Shown here piece after piece: positions 1 to 14,279 of a DNA stretch of 64,000 nucleotides. The notes under the pieces were generated by a model. That model ran no database searches and was not told the origin of the DNA. It saw nothing but the letters and a program-made list of their open reading frames with translations. Made by a program: the position numbers and the translations under genes. Each line of letters begins with the position of its first letter. Position 1 is the stretch's first letter. This stretch comes from the human T2T-CHM13v2.0 reference genome, Homo sapiens. Location of the stretch: assembly GCA_009914755.4 (NCBI GenBank), contig CP068257.2, forward strand, positions 29,504,001 through 29,568,000, written 5' to 3'.

Positions 1-3000
1 ATAAATATATAAAATTTTTACTTGTCAATTTCATGTTTTTGAGAAAAGAAATCGCACCAAAATGACAGACTACATTTTTTAAAAATATTTTCGATTTGTG
101 ACTGTCTCAATAAACACCACCTCCCATCAAAACAGGCTGAAGATACAATATCCAGTTAACCTTTCCAATGGGAAATAATAGTATCATTATGTTCTAGCCA
201 AGTTTGAGCTAGGAACAATACAATGAAATTTTAACGAAAAAAAAAATCCTTTAATTCATATGAAATCTCCTAATTGAAAAATAAATCCTCTCCATTCCCA
301 AAGAAACACATGGAATACAGGGGAGAGAAAAGGCTCATCTTTTTTTTCCCCATTTATTCCATGCTTGTCTACTAGAATTTCAGAAAAGGATGGCAAATAG
401 GTACAAACTGGGGCTCTGAAATTCACATGCAGTTAGTCTGTCAAAACTGATCTACAAAACTGGAGATGTTTTGTGTTCAGAGACAGTTTCCCAAGGAGAT
501 GCTAATGGCCGTCCATGACAAAGATCCACCCCCAGATAACTGCAGACATTTCCACCAGTGAATATCCACTTTTGGGAAATGTAGGCAAATTATTTCTTCT
601 TCCAATCCATTTCAAAGACGACTTTATTTCACTTTAGATGAGGGAGAGAGAAGCCAATAAAGAGTTTGAAGATTCCTCTATTGGCACAGGCAGCGTGAAT
701 GCTGGAATCCCAAGAGACCATGAGGTTTAGTCGCTCACCCCCAGCGGTCACACGCTAAACTGTCTCCGACAGACAAGTGCTGGTTGCAGAGCCATCTAGA
801 CACGATGATCCAGAGAGTCTGATGCAAGTTCAACGTCTATGCCTCACAACAGTCCCGTCTGCTTTTCTCACTGCAGTCACTGGCCTCCTTCCAAATCTAG
901 CTGGGTTTCCTATACAGCAGCAACCTGGCGACCCGCCACTGAACACAGTGCAGTTTGGATTGCCCTTCTCGAGCCACCAAAACAGGCTACCGTGCTGAGA
1001 TGTGGCTCCAGCAGTACAGGATACAGAGGTATTGTTGCCTCCCTTGATTGAAATTATTATAATCATCACTGTCATTATTACTAAGCTATAGTACCATTAG
1101 TACAATCAAGGGTTAAAATAATTTTTAAGCAGCCATATTATTTTGTCTATAGATATTAAGTAACTCATCAACCAAACCCCCAGGATATGATCAGCCAAGG
1201 TAATGACATAGTCTCCACTACCTATCCCCCGAAGACCCACATAGAAGAGGAGGAGTTACATACAAAAGACAAATTCCCAGAGGCCACAGCCCCTGGGAGT
1301 ACGTCTTTAAAAGTGATTAAAGGCCAACATGGTAGACTGTCCAAACTCTACTTCTTCCAACAGAATTACATTATCTGCACCTTCTGCCATGTGATTTTCC
1401 AGCACCTCCCACTAGACTAGGCAGGGTACACACATCGCCGCCCGGATGACTTTGGGTGTAGGCATGTGACTTAGAGCCCACCTTCCAGCCATGGGAAGGA
1501 CTTGCCCAAGACAGCCATTGCTGCTTCAGCCTGGATCCTGGAAGGAAGAGACAAGGAGCACACCAGAACCTTCAGAACTGGAGCTAACCAAGAGAAACCA
1601 AACCTTGGTTGACCTACAAAGCCACATACGAGATAAATATCTGTTGTAGAGAACCACTGAGATTTCCAGTTATTTGTTACACAACTGAAAATGGGCTGAT
1701 GCTGTTCCTGTGCACAGGGTTTTTCTCTGGACAAGCTTCCCAGGGCAAGTGGACTAGGGGGTCAGGGTGCTCCCTCTGGCCACAGCCTCTCTCTGGGGCT
1801 TCCACTGGTTCCCTTCTGAATCCTCCTCCCAAACCCCAAGAAAGAGTTCTGCTGGGAGGCCTCCACCTTACTAAGGACTGGGATGCCCGACTGAGTCAGC
1901 ATTTTTAAGGACTTCTTTTAAGGGGAAATGCCCTCTTGCATTCTTCTTCCTCCTAGTTAAGCAAAAGGGATTTCTTAGCCTAACTCCCCAGAGTTTAACA
2001 TGGGGGTAGGAGGTTGAAGGCCCAGTTTCATCAAAAAGCTGTTTCTTTGCCAGCTTTGTTCTCTGTGAACCTATTTGCCTTCAGAGATATCTTAAGGAAT
2101 GTTGGTTGAAGACCCAATTCAGGTACCTTGTGTTCCTAGAATGTTACCATTTTACAATAAACCTGCTGTTACCAGCAGATACTGATAAATGTTCCTATTC
2201 CTCTTTACAAACTTCATCAATCCATTCTAGGCTGTTACTTCACATTGCCACTAAGAGGGAACCACAAGGATCAGGAATTACTTTTGTGAAAATCTGAATA
2301 TAATTTGGGTACCTCCACAATCACCCGCCTGAGTCTCCGTAATTCTTCCAATATACTGCTGAGAGCAGTGGAACAGAATTGTCATTGATCTTGGCACAGA
2401 CCATCCTATTTCCCAAGACTCATTCTCCCTAGGGTTTTGTTCTTACGGCATTGAGGCTGCTGCATCCTTTCCAGTTTAAAGGCCATTCTCCTCAATGGAA
2501 GAAAAAGAGATGAAATGGGGCTTAAGACTTGAGTAAAACCAACTGCCTTGGAGTAATTGATTCCCACTGGGGGTCTATTTCCTGCTCGTTTGTCTTATCC
2601 TTCCACAACAATATCTTCTCTTGCTCTCTTTGGCATCTTTTCCAAGCCAGAAATTTTCTGGGCTTTGCACCTCCTGGTAAAAGTAGGATTTTCCTCCTCT
2701 TCAGTCCTGGTACTCAGCCAGTGTCCCTCCTTCCATCTTTTGCACATTTCTTTTTACAATCTCAGCCCACAAAAAATACTTTGTATAGCACTATATCACT
2801 TTGTTCCTCACTGGAAAGATTTCTTACATATCAGAATTTCATTTTAAAGGACTTCCAGGTTCACTGAAGCCATATTCCCTTTTACAGTCTCTGACTTCTG
2901 ATCATATTCATCTTTTTTTCCTAAATTCTTTGCAACCCAATATCCATTTCGCCTTCTAATCTTTAGCATCATGGTCATTTGCTCCTAAGGTCATTACAAT

Positions 3001-4863
3001 CTAATAATTAATTTGGCATATAAAGAAAATGTAATATGACGTAATGAAAATGTTCATTTCCATGGCCCAGTAAAATGCACTTCTGTCAGAATGAAATAAA
3101 CCAAAGGATGGGAGGACTTCTTATAATAAAAAAAAGTTTACAGTATTATTCATATTAGTCAATAACAAAAAGCATTAAAATTCTGTGATCAACATAAAAT
3201 CAAGGTATAAAATTACCTTCAAGATATAACTAAACATATACATAGATATTAATTTAAAACAATCAAAATCAACACCAAAATATGGTAAGTTCTATGTCTT
3301 GAAACCATAGTTTTCTTCTTGCCTTTTTCTGTATTTTGCCCTCTTCTTTAATAAGCATAATTTTTTTCTTCTTATAAAGTTTTATAAGAAAGTGAGAGCT
3401 AAGTCCAGGGTGGCAACCTTCATCTTTTCTATACTCTGATAGATTAAATTACCTGCCAAGTAGTCTCAGAACATTCTCATGCTCTGCTTGTAATGTTATG
3501 TAAAAACAAAATTGTGTTGCAGTTGAAAACTACATATCCTCTACAGCAGACCTTCCTGGGCTATCAGATCCTGACTGTACACTGTCTTTGAGAGCCTGTG
3601 CGATTCTTTGTAAAGTGTAGGTAACAGACAGATGTGTAAATTCTGTCCAGTCTGATACTGGCCTAGCTGATTTCCTCCAGCTGTGGAAAAACCAGTTTGT
3701 CTCATTTACAATTCACCTCAACATTTCTTCACTCCATATGTAAACTTCTGTGATTGTGATTTTTCCAATGAACCTTTACAACACCTGCCTGGGTCCTTCA
3801 CATCTTATGAGTAAAATAAATTATGAGAGGTCATAATTTTACCTCTTTCAGAAAATTATCCTTTAACAGCCTGAAAACTTGTTTTGTTTCATTAAGGACA
3901 AAAAAATGAGCCTGGATAATGGCCTTTAGTATCTCTGGAGATAAGGTGCTTTCTCTAGCCTACACTAAACAACCAAACTTTGCCCCACCCACACTGCTTT
4001 TAACCCTGCTGCTAGTCACAGCAAGAGTGTTTTTCCTCTAGGTTCCTTCCCACATTTTCTCTTTTTTAAGGTGGAAAGAAAAACTGAGTCTAATCTCTAG
4101 TTGAATTTGAGCATACAGAGGCATTGACGAATGTTACTATATATCATATCCCTATGATTCCTCTAAGTATTATTGGCATTTTGTAATTGAAAAATAATAA
4201 TTGTATGTATTCAGGGGTACACAGTAATGCTTTGATATATGTACTGTATAACCCATCAGATCAGAGCAATTAACTTATCCATCATCTCAAACATCTACCA
4301 CTCCTCTGTGTTGGCAACATACTTTTATTCAGGTAAGTGCATGTTAATGACTCAGGCACAACTTTTAGCTCACCTTAAGTCTTTCTCAGGTGTATCTGTT
4401 CCTGCCACTGCTCTTCTAAGTAGGTTTTTGGGTAGATTTAACTGATTCAGAGTCATTTGAAATTTTCATTCCTTTGACAACTATTTTTTGGGCACCCACT
4501 ATGTGCCTGGTGTCATTCTAATCTCTGGAGGTAGAGCCTTGGACTTTCATGACATTTCTAGAAACAGCCCAGATTGTGGTAATGGAAGTTCACTTTCACA
4601 CTTAACACAGAATAAAGCCAGAGATCCCCAGGGTGAGGAGCTGAACATCAGGAAAACATTTCCTACAGGAAGAAATAGTCCAGCTGAGGAAGAAAATTCA
4701 CATTGCAGCCTTGGATAAAGCACAGATGTTCCACTAAGAAAAACAACAGCATCCTAACTATTTTACTTACAAGTAACACCTTTTTAAAAAATAAATAAAT
4801 AAATAAAAGCAAACTCAAACTCGGCTTTCCTGACAGATGTCCTGAGAAGATGGGGACCCTCAC

Positions 4864-4982
4864 CTCTTTTTTCTCACCAGTCTGTTCAGCAATCAGCTGG
4901 TCAAACACAGCCCCAAACTCTTCATGGATTTTCTGCATCTCATTGATGTGACTGGCAACCTTGTTCATGGTCTTGATGGCCA
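4864..4982 (-). CDS. TIAM1: TIAM1 coding exon (DH domain), 119 nt; encodes (V)AIKTMNKVASHINEMQKIHEEFGAVFDQLIAEQTGEKKE
   Basis: Minus-strand translation gives the DH-domain peptide. Acceptor is ttttcttccag|TG, donor is GAG|gtgagg. The exon starts with 2 nt that complete the Val codon begun in the previous exon and ends on a codon boundary. Confidence 0.88.
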
Positions 4983-5070
4983 CTGGAAGAAAACAGGTTG
5001 TGAAATGAGAGGCTATTTAGAGACCCTCATGGAGACTCAGGCCTGCCGGGGGTCCCAGGCCGAGGCCTAC

Positions 5071-5250
5071 CGTCCAGGTGGTAGTGCTCCTCGCTCTCCG
5101 CATCGGTCAGGGCGAACAGCTCCCTGAGCAGAAGTGGGTACTTGAGGATCCTCTGGATGGGCTTGATGAGGTACGACTCCAGCGTGGATGAGTGCTGCTG
5201 CTTCGGGTTCTGGGCATCCAAGAATGCCTTGAAAGCCGTGTCTGTCTTGG
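5071..5250 (-). CDS. TIAM1: TIAM1 coding exon (DH domain core), 180 nt; [60 protein letters not shown]
   Basis: It contains the DH signature [15 protein letters not shown]. Acceptor is ccctgccag|CC, donor is GAC G|gtaggc. The split codons join in frame with the neighbouring exons. Confidence 0.9.
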
Positions 5251-6075
5251 CTGGCAGGGTTTAAACACAGGTCATGGGGGTGGAACGCCCACGTGACTCC
5301 CTTCCCACAATTTCCCTCCCTTCCTCAGTGACTCCAAGGTGCCTTTTTGCAGGACTGAGCAGAGAGTGGGTGGCAGGAAGAGGGACAGGTAGGGGAGGGG
5401 GCAGTCAGGGAGACCACAGGCAGTCAGATCTATGTATTTATGTGTTGGGGGTGGGGTGGGGAGAAGCCTGATGAGTTAAAGGATGACGGAGTGTAGACTG
5501 CAGACACCCGGATTTCCAGCGGCTGCTCTTTATCCTCCTCCTATTACACATGTTTTTTTATCCTGATGTTTTGACACCTGGGGCCTTACTGTCCATGGGG
5601 AGACTGCCCCGCCCACGCTGGCCAGTTCCTGGAGATAGTAAAAGACTTGCCAGGAAATGTGCCTTTTATAGAGTCCCCACACACTGCCACCTCCTGTCTG
5701 AGGCTCTTACACCCTGGGCCACCATTCCCCTGTCCTAATCATCTCAGGGTGGGGAGCACACATCTCGGCTTCGAGTGCACCACAGAGCCCGGCCTCCCCA
5801 GTTCCTTCCCTCAGAAACCCCAAGAAAGGCTCTTGGCCACATTTTCCCCTCGCTCCCTCTGCCTCCTGACACTGCATGTCCTCATCTGGCCCGCATGGCA
5901 TGGGGTGCCCCTGCCTCTTGGGAACTGTGAGTGACAAACTAATAATCATCCGTCCCCTGAGCTGTTGGCCCTGTCATCCCAAAATAATGATAAACCTACA
6001 TTCTGAACACTCCTTACCCTGGTTTTCCTAATCTTTCAAGCATTTCACTGCTGGAAAAACCTCTTTTGAAAAAGG

Positions 6076-6560
<485 letters not shown>

Positions 6561-7194
6561 TCAGGCAGCACTTTCCTCACCAGCCTTGCCTCCTTCCTCA
6601 GTGTCCCAGCTGGTTTGGGAAGCAGCCCTGGGGAGTTGTGGGACCCCAAACAGAGGTACCTGGCAGGGGATGATACGAAGCCGTGGCTAATGTCTTCCAG
6701 GTGCAAAGGAATGTCAGGGGAGGGCAAAATATGGGAAGAGGAGGGGACAGTGTATCCAAGCAACGTAACAGTGGACACACGCTGCCTCTGGGCTGGTGAG
6801 CACCTGGGGGTGATGGGGGCTGTGGCACGTCCAGCGTGGGCACTCTGGACGTTTCCAGTGTGGAAACTCCACACACCCCTCCCCCATACCTCGCCCAGTC
6901 ACCTCTCCATTTGGCTATTCCTGAGCAGCATCCTTTATGATAAACCAGTAAATGAACACAATCAACATTGGAAAAAGCACATTCTTCACATTCATCTGGA
7001 TGACTTTCCCCCATTGGAAATTCATTTCCAATGAATATTCATCTGGATGACTTTCCCCCACTGGAAATTTAACATGGCACTCCAGTGACTCGATACTTTT
7101 CATAACAGCACCTGGAATGTCACAGGAACTCAAAAATCTCTTCAATAAATAAATACCCTCTCCCCGCAAAAAACAGTGGGAGTGTATATATAAT

Positions 7195-7393
7195 TTTTAT
7201 ATATATATATACACACACACACACGTATATTTTATTAGAAAGTTTAAAATATAGAAATTTAAAAGTTTAATGATATATATTTTTTATTAGAAAGCTTAAA
7301 ATACAAAAATTTAAAAGTTTAATGATATTTATAGATTTTATTAGAAAGTTTAAAATATATAAACATTAAACTTTTAAAATGTCTAATAAAAAT
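7195..7393. repeat. (TA)n(CA)n microsatellite followed by about 3 copies of an AT-rich tandem repeat of roughly 56 bp; the last unit carries an inverted copy
   Basis: Units read ttttattagaaagtttaaaata[t/c]a[g/a]aaatttaaaagtttaatgata... The last unit contains cattaaacttttaaa, the reverse complement of tttaaaagtttaatg. Confidence 0.7.
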
Positions 7394-7474
7394 GTCTTTC
7401 CATCCCCAGTGGTTAGGGGTATGAGCTAAGACTAAAGATGCTATAAAAGGGCATCAGAACATGATTCTTCTGTC

Positions 7475-7785
<311 letters not shown>

Positions 7786-8290
7786 TAATTTTAAAACACA
7801 GCAATCATGGGGGAAGACCTCATAAGACCACAATCTTGTTATCCCTTTTAAGCCCCATTAAGAGAACAGACTCCCTGGGTTGGCATCATTTCTTGTCTTT
7901 CCAAAGCACAAAATCCTGAAGAGAAAGGACACTGGGAAGAGTGGCCGACTGGCCCCATGTGACAGGAGAGCTGGGCCGGGCTGGGGGCCAGCATATGTGG
8001 AACTGATGGATTTTGTGGGGCATCCCAAGTCTAGGGCCACATCTAGAAGGACCTAGGAACTCTTCCCCAACAAAATATTCTCGTCCAAAAATATGGCTGT
8101 GGGTATTTCACCCATCGACTGAATTCCATATCAGAGCAAAAGACTGCACAGTTCACAGCGCTTGGCGCAGTCCAGGAGCGTCACTCCTCCAGGCCAGCTG
8201 TGAGTCCGCGATGAACATGAACATGCACTTTGTTGTTCTCAGAGTTATCCTGACACTCTGGGCTCATTAGACAATTAGAAAATATGGGTC

Positions 8291-8580
8291 AGCTGGGCAT
8301 GGTGGATCACACCTGTAATCCGAGCACTCCGGGAAGCCAAGGCGGGCAGATCACCTGAGGTCAGGAGTTCAAGACCAGCCTGGCCAACATGGTGAGACCC
8401 CCGTCTCTACTAAAAATACAAAAATTAGCTGGGCATGGTGGCGTGCACCTGTAATCCCAGCTATTCAGGAGGCTGAGGCAGGATAATCACTTGAACCTGG
8501 GAGGCAGAGGTTGCAGTGAGCCGAGATCACACCACTGCGCTCCAGCCTGGGTGACAGAGTGAGACTCCATCTCAGAAAAA

Positions 8581-8612
<32 letters not shown>
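8291..8612 (+). mobile_element. Alu SINE with poly-A tail; target-site duplication aatatgggtc
   Basis: Alu consensus throughout. The direct repeat aatatgggtc occurs at 8281 and again at about 8613. Confidence 0.9.
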
Positions 8613-9523
8613 ATATGGGTCATTCCCACTGTTTTAAGGGATAGTTTTGAAAGATAATATAATATTTTTCTTATTGAATTAAGAAAAAATCCATGGGGGC
8701 AGAATTTAATCTAATTGAGTGATTAAAAATAACACAAATTGCTCAAGGGCAGAGATGGGTATATAATTTCACTGTGGAGCAAAGCACTCTAAAATTGTTA
8801 CTTTAACAATCTCGTAACAATTAGCATTCAATAAAGGTTTTAAAAGAAACACACTGCACACACAGAGCCATATGCCCAACACAGCACACGGGAAAGGTCA
8901 GGCAGCATGACAAGGAGAATCCCAGGTCCCCTTTTCATTTGAGGTTCCACCAGAACTCTGTTGCACAGACCACCACTACCGTTAAGACTGTTTTTATCTG
9001 GGGCAGGCTCTTTGTTACCCAGAGATCTGTATTGTGCTAATACTTCCTATAATAGGTTTTAAATTAAGTCAAGCTAGTTCTCTTTGGCAGCAAACATAAA
9101 CACAAGAACATTATTTACATATCCGGGGACCTGATCAGCAGCTGTTTACTTGGCAGCTACAGTGAAGTGTTAAGGAACAGCAAGCTGATTTCCAGAGATT
9201 CTTTAAAATCAAACTTTCTGTTGGTGCAACTGTTTGCCAAGAAAATGTTTCCTTAATCCTTTTACCATCAAAAACCACCATATGCTGAACTATGGCGACA
9301 TAACCACTTTCTGGAGACTCTCAGAATGTTCCACCGTCTTCTCAGAGCACTTAAGGAAAAGCAGCTTGCCCATATAAAAATTCTACTGTGTCCTGCACAA
9401 AAATAACTACAAATGCAGCAGTTTTCAAGGATAACTGAGACAACTTTAGAAGTGCTTTTGGGAGCTGTTATCACACTCCCAGGAACAAAAGTAGGTGAAG
9501 GAAAGATAAAATTCCACAAAAAG

Positions 9524-9742
9524 GTATACGGTAAGTCCTCACTTAATGTAGTCAGTAAGTTCTTGGAAACTGCAACTTTATGCAAAATGACATACAATGA
9601 AACCAATTTTTTTCCTCATCAACATTATAACAAAATGATGTTGAACAAAATGACATTAGTTGGGAACCTGCTGTACATCGTGTCACTTAAAAGTCACAGT
9701 TTCCAAGAACCTGTCGACAACGTGAAGTGAGGACTTAGTTAT
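9524..9742. mobile_element. Short non-autonomous DNA-transposon-like (MITE-like) element with roughly 42-bp terminal inverted repeats; family not identified
   Basis: Left end is taagtcctcacttaatgtagtcagtaagttcttggaaactg and right end is cacagtttccaagaacctgtcgacaacgtgaagtgaggactta, which are reverse complements. Related partial copies lie at 20741-20860 and 21520-21600. Confidence 0.5.
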
Positions 9743-9913
9743 GAAGTGTGGTAGGTTATAATCGAAATTAAAGAAAAACAGAAATAAAGCAGGGAATTTC
9801 TAAACCCCCTACGTTTTTACATAACTGCAAAATGACCCATCAATTCTGGCCCCAAATAGCAAGGTAAAACTTTCATTACAAGAAAATTGACAAAACCATT
9901 AATTCAAGATATT

Positions 9914-10529
<616 letters not shown>

Positions 10530-10639
10530 CTATCTGGCAACCAATGACTCTTAGATTTCTGCCCAAAAGCCCCCAACCACTGTCAGCCACACAACTGACA
10601 AGCAACACACCCCCACCTCCACATCCTCAGAGGCCTTAC

Positions 10640-10748
10640 CTTTCACCAGGACCTTGGGAACTTTTGTGTGGCTGGCGCAGAAGGCACTGTAGAGCTTGAA
10701 GCGGTCAGCATAATACAGGAATGATCCCCCCAGAGAGAACAGCACTTT
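10640..10748 (-). CDS. TIAM1: TIAM1 coding exon (DH domain), 109 nt; [36 protein letters not shown](+G)
   Basis: Acceptor is tcaaatccag|AAAGTG, donor is GTGAAAG|gtaagg. The final G joins CC of the next exon to give Ala. Confidence 0.9.
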
Positions 10749-11376
10749 CTGGATTTGACGAGAAAAGGCACAGTTGGTTGTTTCCTTCCTCCACTGGAAA
10801 TATCAGCAGGTTATGGCAGGGAGCTCACATCTGCCTGGCCCACCCCACAAATCAACATCTTCCGTGCCTGTCAGAGCCTTTCTTTGCTATCAAATGCCCT
10901 AAAATTGCCCATTACAAAGTATGTGCTTGTACAAGTTTGTGTAAAAGGTGTTGGACTTTTTGTCTTCTTAGTATTTATAGGGTAGATGTCCCTGGTTTTC
11001 CAGGTCTGTGTCTTTTAATAACCTATCCGGGCTGTTTGAATGTTGATGAGAAAGTATATACTTTGGAAAAGTCAGAAATCTCAATTCTCTCATTAGCTCC
11101 TGTTGGCAAACTAAATAAAGGCAGGAAATGCTCATACCTCCCGCCCCCGAAGCAGAAAACATGTTCCTCTGATCACTATCTTCATGCCTTCCAAAACCAC
11201 CTTCTCCTCTAGCAACTAAGAACATAAGCAATATTAAAGGAAGAAACACGCTCAACTATGGAAGTCAGGTATCATCTCCCCAGCCTCTCTGCCCTGTCCC
11301 AGTAGGATCACAACTGGGTAGAGGCCTTCTCATTAAGATTTTACTATGCCTGAGAAGATACTTTGTATCCCACACA

Positions 11377-11550
11377 TTATATATAGAGATATGTTATATG
11401 TAAATATATAATATATAGATATATATAAATATATATTCTATAAAATATATATTTTATATAATATATAAAATATATAATATATAAAAATATATAATATATA
11501 ATTAATATATTATATTAATATATTATATTAAAATATATATATATATATAT
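11377..11550. repeat. AT-rich (TA/TATATA-type) low-complexity block
   Basis: About 170 bp composed almost entirely of A and T (atatataaatatatattctataaaatatata…). Confidence 0.8.
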
Positions 11551-11952
11551 GGCCTCAGAAAAACACCTTCTGTTTCACACTGAAAGAGTCTTGTTTAGAG
11601 AGGGACCTTATTTAGCTTATTGAGGCTTAGAATTAAAAGGCAGGGTTCAAGCAAAGAAATAAGGTTTTGAATTTGAGTAACAAACTAGGTTCCCCAAAGT
11701 GCAATTTATCTAATGAACAATGCAGAGGATTCTGAGTCTGTCCATGACCAAAAAAAAAAAAAAAAAAAAAAAAGGTTTATTTTAAACCATACATAATTGG
11801 TAATTAGATGCCTCACTACTCTTCTTACGTGTTCTCCTTTTCCTCCTTTACTTTCCAAGCCCTCCGCAAATCTCCACCCTGGCTTGGAGGGTGTCAGCAG
11901 GAGTACCCTGGGTACTGCCATCGGACTCTGTGAGGGAGTTATCCTTGGAGCC

Positions 11953-12287
11953 TGATATGGTTTGGCTGTGTCCTCACTCAAATCTCACCTTGAATTGTAG
12001 CTCCCATAATCCCCATATGTTGTGAGAGGTAACTGAATAATGGAGGCAGGTTTTTCCTGTGCTGTTCTCATGATAGCGAATAAGTCTCAGGAGATCTGAT
12101 GGTTTTTATAAAGGGCGGTTCCCCTGCACACGCTCTCTTGCCTGCCGCCATGTAAGATGTGACTTTGCTCCTCCTGAGGCCTCCCCAGCCATGAGGGACT
12201 GTGAGTCCATTAAACCTCTTTTTCTTTACAAATTACCCAATCTCAGGTATTTCTTCATAGCAATGTGAAAATGAACTAATACAGAGT
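11953..12287 (+). mobile_element. MaLR-type LTR (THE1/MST-like) solo LTR
   Basis: Matches the THE1-type consensus: tgatatggtttggctgtgtcc…aattgtagctcccataatcccca…ccatgtaagatgtgactttgct…aaacctctttttctttacaaattacccaatctcaggtatttcttcatagcaatgtgaaaatgaactaatacag. Confidence 0.7.
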
Positions 12288-12715
12288 CATACCCAAGAAT
12301 TAAGCAAAAAAAGTTGTGGAAGAAAATGTGCTAAATGTAACCCCTCCCTTTAGCCATCCTAAAGCCATTCATTTATTTAACTTAATATTTACTGTTTATT
12401 TACCCTACCATAACCACAGATGAAACACTAAGGTATTCACTTATTCCTCCCGCCTTAAAAATTGATTCTCAGGGAACAATGTGCACACAAATATGAGGGT
12501 TTATACACAAAGACTCCACTTCCCCAATGTTTCTGTTCTGTAGGACTTCAGAACGCTTCTCACAGGCTGACGTACATTGCAAATTTCCAAATGAAAATTT
12601 TATCAAAACTTATTTGACATCAGAACTAATTATTTCCTTCTGATACTACCTTGAGACTAGTGCTCTATGCAACACAGTTTGAAGATTTTAACAAGTTTTT
12701 CTTTTTCTTTTTTTT

Positions 12716-13330
12716 TTGGTCAAATATACAATGAGGAGTTTAAAAAGAGCAGCAATTGTGGAAATCAGCAGCAACAGGTTTGGGAGCAAATCTGGAAACC
12801 AACTCAGAGAGCCTGGAGAGAATCCTGCAGGCAGGCACACTAGTGTTCATGAGCCATCTCACCTTACAGATGGAATGGAGACAATCAGATTGTGCCATAA
12901 ACAGCAAAGTGAAGGTATATGAAGAGGGTCCCACTTATGTGGAATTGAGAAGAGTGATGGTTGAGTATGGAAGTACCGGTTTGGTATCCTTGATCCAAAA
13001 TACTTGTGACCAGAAGTACTTCAGATTTCATATTTTTTCATATTTGGGAATATCTGCATTATATTTACTGGTTGAGCATCAAAAATCGAAAATCCAGAAT
13101 GCTCCAATGGCCATTTCCTTAGAGCAACATGTTGGCACTCAAAAAGTTTCCAATTTTAGAGCAGTTTGGATTTCAGATTTTCAGATTTGAGATGCTCCAC
13201 CTGTCACTAAAAGAAGCAATGTACCTGCCTCTCCCTAGAATAACACTGCTCTCAGTACACTCAAGTCTATATCAAAGTTCTGGTACCCAAAGTCTCCTTT
13301 TTGTGAATCTTTTTAGTGATTAACTGGACC
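12716..13330. mobile_element. Probable old interspersed repeat with an internal inverted repeat; the 144-aa plus-strand ORF is likely spurious
   Basis: The hairpin arms gagcatcaaaaatcgaaaatccagaatgctccaa and ttggatttcagattttcagatttgagatgctc are reverse complements. The motif resembles a common human repeat family that I cannot name with certainty. Confidence 0.35.
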
Positions 13331-14279
13331 CAAACTCAAAGAACCAGCCCCACAGCAAAAGACTTGTAAATGAATATAATGAATGTTAGCTACTTTAGGT
13401 TAAAACGTAGTATTTTAAAGTATGTCTATAACCATATTTTAACCAACCCTGGCCTCCAGAATATATCCATTTTTATTAAGCAGCTTTTTTGTTTATCTAA
13501 CTACCAGGCCACATTATGTGTTCTACTGTGCAAATTATCAATTTACTAATTTAGAAAACAGGTATCACTACAATGAACCTAACTTATTTCAAATGAAGAG
13601 CATAACCACCAACAAGCAATTTTTGAACACAAAAATGAACTATATGGAGTATTTAGGGTGAAAGATATATTATTGTGCCTACAACTTTCTCTTAAATGGT
13701 TTTGGAAGAAAATATTTTATATGTACACATAGACACACCATACATGCATAATGTACACACATGCACATATGGATACATATACACATAGGAGACAGGGAGG
13801 GAAAGAAAGAATAAAGCAAATGTAGCCCAATGCTACCATTTGGGGAATCTAGATGAAGGGTATTCAGGAATTCTCTGCACTATTCTTGTAACTTTTCTGT
13901 AAGTCTGAAATTATACCCAAACAAAAATGAACACCTATAATATATACATATATATTCACATACTTATGTGTGTTTGTATGTAATTCTTAGTAGCTCCTGT
14001 TGCAGAGAGGCAATGTAAAGAGATAACACATACACAAAAAAACATATATTGAGGTAGAATATCGAGGTGAGGCAGTCTTTACCCCGGCTCCAAAACTTGT
14101 ACCCTAACATTACACAGCTAGATTCCTGCAAGTGTTAGAAGGCAGGCAAAGTGTATGGGGGCCTATACACATATGAACAGCTCATTCTTAACACAAATGC
14201 AAAAGAAATTGAGTGGAAAAAGGATCAAACGACAGCCATTGCAACAAACAGGATTAGAAAAATTGGATATTCATACACA

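Noticed and set aside
1-4863. A search for the next downstream TIAM1 exon (expected peptide VADLSMGDLLLHTTVIWLNPPASLGKWKKEPE…).
   Set aside because: No minus-strand frame in 1-4863 encodes it. The nearest candidate (481-600) translates to unrelated sequence with a stop. The exon presumably lies beyond the window start.
12756-13190. A 144-aa plus-strand ORF, the longest in the track.
   Set aside because: It lies in a segment with hairpin-forming inverted repeats and motifs typical of an old interspersed repeat. It is on the strand opposite to TIAM1 with no splice signals and has no protein-like composition. It is probably spurious.
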